NCBI GenBank assembly: GCA_051294905.1
Contig: CM119383.1
Location: forward strand, 9,920,001-9,984,000
Direction: 5' to 3'
Source: Botryllus schlosseri
Taxonomy: Eukaryota
Length of the DNA: 64,000 bases
Under the pieces are notes generated by a model. The model searched no databases. It was not told the origin of the DNA and saw only the letters and a program-made list of their open reading frames with translations. Position numbers and translations under genes: made by a program. Shown here piece by piece: positions 49,741 to 63,336 of this stretch; position 1 is the stretch's first letter; every line of letters starts with the position of its first letter.

Positions 49741-51878
49741 GTTTATTGTTGGATTTCTCCAAAAATAGCTTAGTTTTGGATGTTTTCAAAACTAAAATTT
49801 CCAAAAATAAACAGGTCTGGGAATAGTGACGATCCAGTGTCCATCCATTCACTATATCCTCGCACAGTTCAATTATCACGCTGAGAGTACGACAGCAATG
49901 TAGCGATTCAAAACCACGCGATTTTGCAACACCCGTAGGGTATCGGCAATCCTCAGCAGCAGTCAAAAATCAAACGCAGACTGTTCGGCTTCAATTTTAA
50001 TCTCGAGTATCAAAAGCAGTGCAAAACACTTACTACTGCGTGCTGTTCTCTGGAAAATTATCCCAATAGACTTAAGAAAATAAGCAAAATACAAATCTGC
50101 CAGTCAAAGAGTTGCACATACGCGACGACACACTGATCAGGGATATCCCTGATACTGACTAAGAAATCCATCCGACTGCCTCGGCCAAAACAAGACGCGA
50201 AAGAATCCTACAAATTTTCGAATAGTGGACAATATGAAGTCATACGTTCACACTGTCACACCGGATATTAGCAGAGGTGGCCAACGTCGTAAATTTCTGC
50301 TCAGTTGCAAATAGCGACTTCATGTGGAAGTAGAAAATGAATGGACCCAAAAGTACTCAGTAATGTCGAAAAATCGTAGCGTTCATACACTTTTGGCACA
50401 TTGGTGGTGGCTACTTTCCAATTTGAAAGATTCATCTTCGCACCTAATGCAAATGACAAATGACGCTACAAAGAGGTACTATCTTGTAAAATGTATTCAG
50501 CAGTTACTGTGATGGCTATTTTAAGAGGCGTTTATGAAAATTTCGCACATACAAGAGATGCAAACTTATCCAAAAGCTACCCTCCACTTTCAAAACAAAA
50601 AGGCTAAAACATAATACATAATGAGTTAAATAGTGCCAAATAGGCGAAATCCACTCGAGTACTTCATTACTGACCACCTCTTGACCGCCATTATTTGAAA
50701 ACGTCGCCCGTAAACTTTTCATAAGGCCAAACTCATCATTGTGGAAGAAAATGCAATTTCGCTGGTAGTCTTGATATCTCCCTTGGTATCAGTTGTTAAC
50801 GATGCAAAAGCGTCTGATTACAGTATACCCATGATACGTGGTAAATTACAAAATTTGTAAGGAAGCTCTGTGCTGAGATCGCGACTAAACTGCAGTCAGC
50901 CAGCTGTTTTAAGTTCACACAAAACATGATAATGATTGAGATATTGTTAAATCGATATAGCAATGCAAAAACAGAACAGAGCAAAAGTTCTCGCAACGAA
51001 CAACCACAAGCAAACAAACGAGTATTTCGGAGACTGCGGCACACGCGCAAGGGACACTCCGTGTCTATACCCAGATATCTTTTGTCCGATAATGTAAATG
51101 CCCACACTCGTTTGAAAAAAAATCAGGGCATCTTTAACCGATCGTCAAAGAGGATTCCCATAATTAGTCTGGAAATAACAGGGAAGTCTGTCATTCGAAA
51201 ATGCGGGCACCATGCCGACGAATTTGGGTAATTGTCATCACTTTCTAGCAGAAATCTGCACAACCTTGACATAAAACGAAAGGAACCCCGTAATTGGTCT
51301 GGAAATTACCCTGATTACGTTCATTCGAAAGTTCGGTACTTTTCCGATGAAAATGCGGGTTAACTTTGACCTAAAATCAATCAGGATTCCCCGTAATTGG
51401 TCTTAAAAGTACCTTGATCCCCTCAAGGAAAATCTGGCACTTTTCCTGAAGAATTCTGGGTGAAGTACCTTTACACTTTACGGAAAATCGAAGGGGTCCG
51501 CCCGAGATAGCTTTAACCAGGGATATTCAGAACTCTTAACAAGCACCCGAGTATTTAGAATGGCGATATTTGTATTTTCATCAAAGTGAATGACAGGCGT
51601 CGTGTAAAGCGAGGAATAATCATGCGATTGCATGGCCAAAAAGATTACTCCGGCCAGCAACATATATCCCAAACCACGATAAAGAAAATCGACATGATGC
51701 AGACCAAGGATAGAAGGGAAATGTCTGAGACACCTCAGACAAGTACCCAGATATCCATAACGGCGACATGCGTTTTCTCACTGCAACCGTTCAAAGCGAG
51801 CGAGGGCGCTTAATCCGTTGGCTCCAGGGCCGGCGCGAACGTGTTTCGGGTAGCACCAGGGCAAAAACGGGTGGGCCA

Positions 51879-54800
51879 TCACTCGGCATGCGTTTCAGCA
51901 AGCTCTCTTACAAACTCGACACTGCACGAACGCGATTTACGCTTCCGGTGCTTTGATCGTTTCCTCCTCCGTCCCGAACCTTCCGTTTCCTCCGAACCGC
52001 TACGATGCCTGGGACGCTTTCTCTTCTTTTTCTTTGTCTTGTCCCGGTCGCGAGATCGCTCAGAATCACGCTGCCGATCGCTGCCCGAATTCGATGCACT
52101 GTACCGGGTCTTGTCACTGCCCGTGCTTGAAAATTTGCCGCAGCCGGTCGGGACAGTTACCACAGACCGCAAAGGAGGGTCGTGTCGATTTTCTGCTGGG
52201 GCATCACCGCCAGACATGTTCCGAGGGGGCCGGCCTCTCGACGAAGTATCTTCGACAAAATCGACGTCGATTTCAGAGTCTGAGCTCGCGTACTCTATTC
52301 TCGACGGGAGTATGTTAATAGAGACACGGCCTTTCTCAAAAATCTTTTTCGGAACTGACCCTGCCTGCGGGTCACCTGACCTTTGACTTGTGTCCTTGTC
52401 AGTGTCTCGGCTGTGTGATGGGGTCGTTTTGGCGGTGACGCCTGTGACATCGACTGGTTCATCTTCGGTCGAGGGGTGACGTGTGGGGGGCGACGCGTGA
52501 GTACATTGTCTGGCGAGTTGTAAAAATTCCTTGGTCTTGCGGAGAATGTCATTCGAGCGTTGATCGCTGTACGAGAGAGGTGTCGTCGTTAGGTAGTAGA
52601 GACGCAGGTTCTGCTTGATTACGAGCAGAACTAAAACGTTCCGAAACAAGTCAAGACTAATTACGGCGAAAGTAGAGAAAGTGCTTGAGTAAGCAGTTTC
52701 AAAAATTTAATTCAGCCGACGGGTCGCATGCTTCTAACAGTTAATTGGAAGAGTCTGCTACCCAAATTGCAACCTACATCCTCGCCATAAACATAAAATG
52801 CCTAATGACACTACAAATAGGTGCGATTTTCAGTAGCATAAATAACCAACAAGGGATAGATTTGCACTCGAAAGATTGCAATGATACATAAAACTAGACA
52901 GTCACAGCGATGTGACCACATTGCAGTCGAGTCAGTTGTTGTCGTGATGGAGTTTCACTTGCATAAACACAGTATAACAACATAACAAATAAAGAAACAT
53001 TCGACTATTAGCCAACCGGAAGCGGCTAGCAATTTCTGTTTGCTTCATTAACAGATATCGTAATATTATAGCTGGCGACCTGAACACAAAATATATTGAA
53101 ACTGGTGTTAAACGAAAGCGACTACCGCACTGATTGCAAAAGTACAAATCATGAGCCGGTCAGGGCACTGCGGCCCCCTCCAATTTTCCCTCGACTCAGA
53201 AATTGGTATTTTTCTGGACTATCGGAGCGCCGAATACTGATTGTGATGCCATTGAGCCTCTCGTCGACGCAACACTAATAAATCATTGTGTGGCGTGTGT
53301 TACTGTGGGCATTTCATGTTTCGTTAGGGGGGTTCAAAAATTTAAGAGCCATATTTGTATTCTCTAAATGGCGCATGCTTGACCACATTTCTTGGTATAT
53401 ACTAAAGGAATATTCTGGATATAGCTGTCATAGGGTCCTGTGTGCATCAATAGTAATCGGCCCACCGGGACGTTCCCCACTGTAATTACCGATCTTGTTG
53501 GGTCTTCAAGTATCTTGTTTCAATCTATTACTGTATTGTCTTGTCATTTGGATACAAGGAACATCGATACATTGGTACTTTCCAGCAATATACTGATAAT
53601 TAGTGTGATTCTTTATTGGCATGTCAAAAAAGTCAAAATTAGGTCAAAAAATGTCTAAATGTCAAAACTGTTTACAAAGTCAACATTTTTTTCCAGCCTG
53701 CATTTCGTTTGTAACATAGATTTTGCACTGTGGGTGAACTTATCGTTTGACATTTTACCGCTTGTAGCCTACTTTATAGGCCTACCGTTGCAGAGGTCCC
53801 ATTGTCCGCTCATTGTGAACTCATAAACATTCAAATGAAACAAATAGGTTGATATGGTGTAATGCCCAACGTACCGCAATATCCTAACTGAAGCAAGACT
53901 GCGTGGGCATTGCATGGTTCTTATATCAAGAAGCACATGACGAAAAATTGTGATGTAGACACCATTGTCAGAATGAATCATGGTGTGTCACCAGCAGTGT
54001 ACGCATGCTCAACTTCAGTGTTGTCAGCCAATAACTGCTACTTTTCAACGTTCTTTCTCCATTCTTGGTAAGCTACTTACATAGTGTCTTTTGTTGTACT
54101 ACAACAAATTTTAATTATTTCTACCACTACCATAATACGTGATGTAGCTACTGGAATTCTTCATAGGGCCAGATTTCGTTGAAATAAAGTTTTTCATGTA
54201 AAAATTTGTCAGTTATTAAGTCAAAAATGTTATTTCATGCCAAACTACTTCGTAAGGACAGATAGTTCCAACCAGAAACGAAGATAACTAGTACAAATCT
54301 GGCATTATGTGGAAAAACACCTAATTTGCATCCGTTAAGGTAAAAAAATGTCAAAATTTTGATTTTTTAGTTCAAAATCTTCCGATTTTTAGGTTAAAAA
54401 TCGTCCTACAGATAATACTTCAGGATCGCATATATTTACATCGGGAAACTTATAGGACTTTGCGGCGGCAAATTAATAGAAATTTTAGTCAAATTTAATT
54501 CCCTCTTGAAAGCAACCGCAAATCCGATCCAAATGTGCGCTAATCTCCGGAAACCACCTCGGAACTAGAGGTGCATTTGCAATAGTGACCGTTAATTACC
54601 TGCTTCCAACATCGGAAGAGTGGCTTCTGGCAGTGGGGTGGTCGCTCGTAACGACGGCCGTAATTCTGGAGCTAGGCCCTGGGACATCATCGTCGTCATC
54701 GCCCGAGCTCAAGTCAATGAAGGCGTCCGGCGTGCGTAAGTGAGGGGGTTTTATGTATCTGAAATTGAATGTCAGCAATTGATACTCGTGCAGAATTCTT

Positions 54801-57800
54801 TTTTGGGGTACTGCGCATCAGACTTTGAGATATAACATTGCATTATCTGTTTACTAATTTAGACCAATTAGAGAAAAATGCCGGTAGTCTAGTTCTATTC
54901 TTCATTTGCTCTAATAATAATTCTAATCTAATTTGTGAAATCTTTCTATTTTCTATGCTATAAATTTCTAGTTTCCCTGTGAATGATGCTACACTGTGAA
55001 TGATGCTATAGGGGAGCTGCATAGTGTGAAACGAGTTAGGCTTGCTGTGCAAACGATTCGCTGTCCAAGCTTTCGAGAATTCAGTAATGCTGAAAATTTT
55101 CCAGTTGTCCAAGTCTGCTGCGCGTGTAAAGCGAGGTTGGGTAGCGTTGAATTGTGATAGAATCCTCAAAGTACTTTGTGCTTTACTAGTATTGCCTAAG
55201 AAACTATCAACTACTAAGCAATTGAAGTAGGCGAAACCAAAAAGCAACACTTCACTTCTGATCACCTCTGTTGATAAGAAGCGGTAAAATTCGACTCCAT
55301 TATATCTAGAAGTAGGGATTTTCAAGACACGTCTAAACTCGGAGTCAAAAATTAAATTTTACGAAAATTGCCCGAACGAGTGCGCAGTTTCAATAAGCGG
55401 AATGCGACTTGGCATCGCAGTATTAAATCGGGCAATCGGCAGTAGTCATTGTTGGCACTATAAGTACAAGTAACGTCATAAAGCACTACTCGAGTACAAG
55501 TAGAAGTAGCGATTTCAAAGCAAGTACAAATTGATTATTCAAGGCTTGTACCTTTTCAAATTTGCGAGCACCCCACTACTGCCCATCTCCGCAATCGAAC
55601 ATTCGAGAATTGCAACGTACCTGACAAATTCGATACCGCTGCTGTCGCTACTGGCAGCATCGGATGACGACGACGACGATGAACTGCTAGACGGACTGCT
55701 GCGACCTTTCGACTTTTCCACTTTGACCTGCACGCTCCCGTTCTGCCAAGTGTGCGGCAGCGGCACGTAGTGTATCGTGTTGCTACCTCCTGGTACTGGA
55801 GCTGGATCTAAATGATCGAAGCCAATTTAGTATTGTCAAATCTTGTTTTAGATCAAATCCATAATGATATTGGATAATATCAAGTCGATGTCACACTTTG
55901 CAAGAAATATCAGCATCGGCCCTTAGAGGTAGAAAAGAATATCGACAATTTTCATGACGTCATAGTATGGTGGCAGGGAGTTGGAGAATTGTAACCTGCA
56001 ACTGCTAGATGGGAAATATCGATAACTTGTATCTTACAGGAGTCGATATACAGCCTTTCTAGTTAATATCATGCCTATTGTCCATGCATATCAATGACTG
56101 TTGATCTGTTCAATTAAATGCTCTGAAGTTTTGGAAATGCAGTGGAAGCCTTTTCTTTTGAATATCAGCTGAAAATATCGCGTCGGTATTATCGGTGAAG
56201 GTCCTAATCGGTATCGGCTCAAAAATATTGATTGGTCTCTCATAATAATAATAATATTAATATAATAATTATCAGAGTCCCAGCCGAATATAACAAAATA
56301 TGATCCCTACAGTAGTGCGCTGTACAAAAGTGCAATAAACTATCGAAAGGATAACGAAATGTATAAAAGACGGAGTGCATAGCTGTAGGGGACAAATAGA
56401 CACTACTACAATAGGTAATGGCCGATATTCGTTCAAAAATCGAATTAAAATTTAAAACGATTAGATTTCAAGTCCACCTCAAAATCACGCTTAAGCACAA
56501 TCGTCAATCCATGTCCGATCCTAAAATCTTTAAATCCATTTTTCTAGAATAAAAATTCAAGCTTGTCTCAAAAACGCACCAGTCGTACCACTGCCCGCGG
56601 CCGCGGTGTCCTCTTCACTAGAATCGGAAATAACGATGGTCGGAATCTCGGTGATGCTGGCAGTTTCGTTATCGTGGTTTCGCCGCGCACGTCTCAAGCG
56701 CGCCGCGTTCCTTTGAAACTCCCCGATGCTGCGTGCGGCAAAAGAAAATCTGTTAGGTACGTCGGCAGAGTACGCAACCAGGCTGGGCAAAATCGAGTAA
56801 CTGCATGATTCGAATTCGAGTATTAAACTCCAAGTCGAGCATTGGAGTACCACCCATTACGACGTCATAACAGTAATCATGACTCCAAAAGTTCAAATAT
56901 TTATCTTTTTGCGACCACAAGTGACACGTCAACAAAAATAATTCCGTACTTCTGAGCCTTAAACTATTCCACACCACTTTGTGACCATAATCAGCGTGAG
57001 TACTTCAGGACTATTCTGTTTGTGAGTATTGTGATGGGGGTCGATCGCTATATGGACAATAATATTGTTCCCTGAATATTCAAAGTCCTGTGCAACACAG
57101 GTTTCAACGCTGAGATGTGGCCAACCCAGGTTTCGAGTCTCCAACTAGAGAAAATAATCACGGAATGGCAACGTGGCTTCATTTCGCTTAGGCTGTAACC
57201 TGGATCATTTCACAGAGGCAAATGTAGGGTGTATTGCAATCGTATAGCTGGTGTCTACATAGCAGAATTTAATGAATCTGGTCTTGATCAAAAGCTACCG
57301 TCACACTCATTCCGCAAATATAAATTAAAATCTGATTAGGAAACTGGAACCACCCTGAGAGTCTGGCATTGTCCGAACAATCGCAGCGCCACAACAGGTC
57401 ATCATTATGTCCATCTGACTGTTCTGAACAATGCAAGTTTTGGGATGTTGACAGTGATTTTGGGCAGGGTTCCAGTGCCCTGACCAGATTTCAAATTATA
57501 CATTCGGAATCAGCGAGTTGCTAGCTTTCGATCAAGACGTGTTTCGTCAAATTCGGCACTCTAGACCAGTGGTTCCCAACCGGTGTGCCGCGGCACACTA
57601 GTGTGCCGATTGGACTGCTCAGGTGTGCCGCGAGCAACTGTGGTAAACTATGTCGAAGTACAACAAAATCTAAATTTTGACTTTGTCATTGTTGGTTTTT
57701 CTTTTGAATTTACCCGATCAAGACACGCAATGTACAATCCGATGCAGTTAACAGATATAAGGATGTCGAGGCGACCGTAGTTACTGTATCTCAATCTGAC

Positions 57801-60800
57801 ACCCCCATTAGGTCATGGATTGGGTCTTTTTCTGGGCTCTCTATTGTAAAGACGCTCTGAGCACAGCAACGTATAGGGGCGGAGAATCTAATGAATCTGC
57901 CGCGCTTCGTAACTTGCTACTGCACTGCCATGAATCAAACTGGGGTCTCCGCCGTCAATGGGTGTGAGACGCTAGTTTGCCCTACACATAGTAGCATTCA
58001 GGACGGTGATAACTAAACTCGGGTAATTGGACCGCGATATGGAGGTGTGGCCGAAGTGTTCACCTTTTACTTGTCACCCCCAGGTGAACCGGAGGCAGAA
58101 CACGGACATAACGCAGGTTGATGACCTTTTTATGTTTCTATTTGTAGTCATATTCTTGCCTTGTATTCGTCATCGATGATCATTTTACACCATACCGATA
58201 TTAATTATTTTGATTCTTGAGATGCCAACTTATATCACGGCCCACTTTTTGTAAGACTGCTTTCGCAGATCGAAGGACGAGTAGGAGCCTGCATAAACCT
58301 CCAACACCTAGGAAGGCATTCTCACCATTAAGAAATAAACTAATTTGGAAGTGATGTTCACGTTTACAAATTAGAATTGTCAGCATAGCCGTTCACATTG
58401 CGATTGTTAGGTAGCGTGCCAGCACTGCAGGTAAAATATAGGCTCAGGGCGCCACGTTATGTTGCAGGTGACAAATTCGAGAATTGAGGAGTAAAGTTAA
58501 TCAAATTATATCAGTTACAAATTTCCCGTCGCTGAGGTTTATTATCCCGGTTTGTTGGAACCACAATTGAACTGCGGGTGGCTTCCAGTAACACTATTGA
58601 GGTATACTATCCTCACAGTCGCTATTACACGATCTGCTGGGAAATGCGTTTGGCATCCATGTATAATACACCTCTACGCCCCTGCATATGTTAGTGGCGA
58701 TCGTGATTGGACTCTTCGATGCAAAGGTTTATTACATCGACAATGCGGTAGTGGGCAGACTTTATTGTCAAGCCAATATTATGAAATTAAGCTCAGCCTG
58801 AAGTTTAAACGAGATCTCAGCAGGCCAGTTATGTGGTAACAAAGGTAATAGCTGTTAATTCAAAACCTCACACGGAAGCGGAGATAGTTCTTCTTCCGGC
58901 CTGAAATGATTGAAAACGATTCTTATGTCAAATGATACCATTCGTAGACTATTGGTGAGATGCCGTAGAGATAAAAGATAACTCAAGCGGAGAAAAGCCT
59001 ACTTGAGTGCTCCGAAAAGGTAGAAGTACTTCGTCAGTGACCATCTCTGTGAGACTATGGTTGCTGCTAAACGCATTCTGGCAGTTTGCCTGTGCCGTAA
59101 GCCAAAAGAGTTCAATACCAATGTGCTAGTGTGCCGCGAACTCTTCGTCATTTTCAAAGTGTGCCGCGAAGTCAAAAAGGTTGGGAACCACTGCTCTAGA
59201 CAATTGCTGTAGGATTATCAGAAATCATACATTCGATTCCTCGAGACGTTCCAAATTCCAGCCTCAACAGAGCGGAACTATACTTCCGTTGTTAAAATAT
59301 TACTCATATTCCGAAGGCGCATATTTTCGTTACTCGACTTGAATCATCAACCAAATCGGATTCGAGCACCCGTTGTGGCCAGCCCTACTTGTGTCACACT
59401 TACTGTCTCCTCATCCTCTCCGCGGACCGATGCTGCCTCGCCGAAGATTCTCCGTGATGGTACAAGTCTCGCGACTGCAACCCGAGAGGGGCGCCGACGT
59501 GTCGTCTGAACAAACGATATCGCGTATGAAACGGATTTCGTGGAATAAACGCAACTGGGTAGCCGTGAGAAAAATAGCTCCATTGACCACGTGAAGTTTT
59601 AATGACATTTTAGTGATTTCACCAGAGTTGTAATGACTCGAGACCCGATTTTTTGCTGACTCGACTTGACTCGAGTTATTTATTCAAATGCGTAAAATTT
59701 TAGTATCGACTCGACTTGTACTCGAGTCATTGTGCATGACGCGAACCAAGTCATATGGCTGGGGACTAGGACGGCCAAGACAGACATTTCATTGTAACTC
59801 CAAAGAATAGTCAAGTCACCACATTATTAGTATTTCGTCTATCAGTCCTGATACTTGGGAAAATAGGGCCAGAAACTGTTAGGACTGAGGAACAATACTA
59901 TATTATGAATGCGAGTCATTCTATACCACTAGAGCACGTGAAAAAAGTGGGTTGAACCGGTTGAATTGGAAACTGAACGGTGAACATAATGACTTGGACT
60001 CGAGTCAAAACACTATGACTCGGACTCGAACCTCTAATAGCTGACTTGGACTCGACTCCGTGGTGAATTGAAAATGACTCGACTTGACTCGAGTTGAAAT
60101 TATTAAAGTGAGGCTGACTCGTGACTCCAATTCTAAATCTAATTTGTGAAATGTTTCTATGCTCTAATTTTAACTCTAATTACTGGTTTTCCTGAAAATG
60201 CTACAGGAGACCTGTACAGCAGGAAACAACCAAAGCTAGCTGTAAAGACATTTGCCATTATCATGATTATGGGAATCATCTATGAATTGAAACGTACTGA
60301 ATTCGATTTAATTTCCAAGTTTTTGAGAACTCGGTAATTTTAAGGCTAATCAAATTTGGAAAGTGCAGCTATAATTCTAGTTCTAATCTAATTCGGAAGA
60401 AACCGTGCAGCTAAAATTCTAATTTCAATCTAATTTGGAAAATCTGAAATATTTTTAGTTGTCTGCCCTAAAAACACTTTCCGCTCTTAATTTTCGGCCA
60501 TTTCACGTAACGAAAGATCACGCCGACATCATAATATCGACTGACAACCCTCTAACATTCAGAATTAGCGAAAGTGAAATCGCAAACAAATGAATGTCAT
60601 CTCGCAAAGGGTTAAGAAACGACGACGCAGTTCGAATACAGTAGCTTTTCGAATAAAATAATCGCAGCCTAAATGTTTTTTTTACGATCCTTGAATTTGA
60701 GACCCATTCATGTTTAGATAGAAGTGCCCCTTTAAAATTACTATGAAAGCAGTTATTACCAGGAACAAATCTCTGCTCTGTAGCATTTTTTTTCTTATCC

Positions 60801-63336
60801 ATATACATTTATAGCTATAGGACGTTGTATATTATGTGCATATGCCACTGGACAAGGAAGGTGCAGAAATTTCTTTGTAAGGCTTGTAAGACTTTCGAAG
60901 TGGCAAAGCCACAGATGCCAGTTTTACTGATCAGGTCTTTGGTCTGAATCGGTCGGGAATAAAACCCACGACCTGCCGATCGAGAACCTGGACGCTTCAC
61001 TTCTTGACGGTACAACGGTAACCAAATGAGAACCAGCAAACAATCGCATAGGTCCCGTTCCCGCTCAGAAAACTTTCAACAGAATACGAGCGCGGCGTAT
61101 ATCAACTTACCTTGTTGTCCTTCTAGACCCAAAACCCGAAGACAGAGGTGGACCGAATGTGTGAAACGGCAAGTAGCTCAGTCCGAAGTCACCTAAACGA
61201 ACCGACAGCACTTGGTAACAGATTCCGCCACATTATCACAGAGAAACAAAGCGTATTCCTACTCGGCTAGAAAGCAGAGGTGGTCAGTAACAAAGCATTT
61301 ATACTTTTTCGGACAACTCAAGTGGATTTTGGATGCTTGTACGGCTTACTCGAGTGTAAGCGTATTTATACTGATGGAGAACACAGTAAAATTAGGTATA
61401 CCTCATTACTAATCGTCTGTTAGCAATAAAAAATAGCCAGCGTCGTAATACGTACACATTCAAAATAGCAAACTTGTACTAGGAATAAGGTTCAGGGATA
61501 CGGTAAGGTTAGTTTGCTCTTTATTTCTCTCGCTATTTTAAAAGTGAGCCAGGAACAATGTATAAGCGTGAAAATAAGTTGTCTTACTCTGCGCAACAGT
61601 TTCCGAACGCATCTCCCCGTTCGGGATAACCGAACTTGGCGCGTCCTCGGACCACGAAGTTTGCGACAGCATCAGCGATTGCGCCGAGGCCCCGATCGGG
61701 GTCGACTCGGGACTGTTGTCCCACCTGCTGCGTCTGGCGTGCATACATCGATGGTGATGTCGCGAGTGACTAGGACGCTCGGATTCCGTGTTGACAGTGG
61801 TGCCATATTGAGCATTCCTATATGAGACGCAAATTTTGGTTAACGCTTTTACAGAGCAGGTTTAGCATTATAGCAACGTCGTTAGCAACTTCAAAAACCT
61901 ACCGTAGCCACAAAATTTATGATGCAAATGGGCACTGCACTCGAACGGTGATTTGGACTCAAAATCAATGTGGAAAAAATTTGGCTATAACCGTCTTCCT
62001 CAGAAAGTCACTGTGTCCGGACTGCAGTTGAAAATATTTTCATGCTTCAAACTTTGCATCCGACCACATTTCATTTAATATGCAGTACTCTTGTACGTAA
62101 TTTCTTTGCTTGAAGTCACACACAAGCCAAAATTTATTCCAGAGGCAGTAACCGATTAAGATGCTATGCTCAGTGTCAGTAATAACAGACGTCATAAGAC
62201 TCATTAAGGACAAAAATACCCCGTCATAATCTTCAATACTTTTCCCCGGTCAAATGCCACAAGGGATGGGCAAAATCAAACCACAGTTGATGTAAATCGC
62301 TAGTTTCATTATGTTTTTTATTGCGTGAAAGTAAATACAGCACTACTTCATAATACCGGCGCCTTTATCGAGCCCGTGCAGTGCGCACTCGTCATTTTAT
62401 TGTAATTGTGCTCCATATCTTTTACCAGGGTTATTGAGAGCTGTCAATCCAAACCCTTTTGGTACATGAGAAAATACGAAATACTCTTAAGCGTGAGTAA
62501 GAGTAAGTAGGTTTTGCCGACTAGCACTAATTACTCGAGTCGTTTGAAAACAGACTACTTCCAATTCTACATTTTTTTGTGATATATTTACATCGCTTTT
62601 ATGAGATAAATTGTCATAAAAAACTGAAAGAAATTGAATTTAAGCAGAAATTTACAGTTTTATTTATACTTGAGCACCAATGCTGGCCAGTGCTTGACCA
62701 CATCTGAATTCAATTCGACCTTGAATTCGAATCGCCCAATGTCAAGCAAAACAGAGTACACCAATTGCGCGAAACAAACGAGACTCACTGGTCGTACTGC
62801 GACACGTTATACGGCGACCTCGCGAACTGCAAAAACTCGTGAACGAACTGTTCCGTGTACTCGAGCAGGTACTTTTCGATCATGGTCTTGAAAGATCTCG
62901 ACTCGATATCGACCAGCGGGATCATCTCGACGATCTTCTTGAAGACGTGCTCGATGAGATTGCTAGACGAAAAGGCAGGAGACTAAGAAACAAATCTTAG
63001 AAAGCACCTTCCTTGTCCTGCTGGAACAACGTATCTCCGTTTGACGATGCGCTTTCAATTAGCGACAATCATAAGTACACAGCACAGAGGAAGGTCGCAA
63101 TATTGTGACACTGGTCACATCTCAGCCAATACTGACTATCCCGTCAAAATCATTAGCATAGGTATCGCATCGGTCAGGTTTTAAACCAAAACACAGACGT
63201 ACTTGTTGCGGGCTCCGTACAAAACCGTCAGCTCTCTTCGAATCCATGGCATAAGTCGATGGATCTGGCTCGGATTATTGTGATAGAAGGTGGCAGAGCA
63301 CTCTCTTACTCGATTGCCAGTATCAACGTGGGTGAC
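51879..63336 (-). CDS. TOPORS: E3 ubiquitin/SUMO ligase Topors (5' RING-containing part outside the window), 634 aa in window
   Basis: Exons 63336-63203, 62962-62789, 61817-61588, 61192-61111, 59505-59404, 56728-56580, 55807-55621, 54758-54600, 52566-51879 (TGA) join in frame. Topors-conserved HRLMPWIRRELTVLYG and EQFVHEFLQFARSPYNVSQYDQ; SIM-like PTIVISDSSEED and GIEFVRYIKPPHLRTPDAFIDLSS; Arg/Ser/Lys-rich C-terminus. Confidence 0.9.
57567..59193 (+). mobile_element. hAT Charlie/Buster element with decayed transposase fragments, in a TOPORS intron
   Basis: TIRs CAGTGGTTCCCAACC / GGTTGGGAACCACTG; perfect TSD CTCTAGAC. 58821-58901 reads QASYVVTKVIAVNSKPHTEAEIVLLPA and 58925 onward MSNDTIRR, matching the Buster/ZBED5-type KPHT..E..ILPA and LSNDT..RRI motifs. 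Confidence 0.92.
59623..60128 (-). mobile_element. GACTCGAGTC-rich MITE, opposite orientation to 31220-31794, one end truncated
   Basis: Starts CAGAGTTGTAATGACTCGAG; internal homology to the reverse complement of 31250-31790. Confidence 0.75.
60810..61015 (-). mobile_element. Internally deleted SINE copy
   Basis: GATCAGGTCTTTGGTCTGA..ACCCACGACCT.CCGATC and GTGCATATGCC.CTGGACAAGGAAG are shared with 43565-43912. Confidence 0.78.

Noticed and set aside
54843-55325. 160-aa minus-strand ORF in a TOPORS intron, and similar 60-180 aa ORFs elsewhere (e.g. 14489-15031, 51841-52386)
   Set aside because: No recognisable domains; they overlap TE fragments or are alternative-frame or antisense shadows of real exons.
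58245-58288. Possible small TOPORS exon
   Set aside because: It lies inside the TSD-bounded Charlie element, and the flanking exons already join in frame without it.
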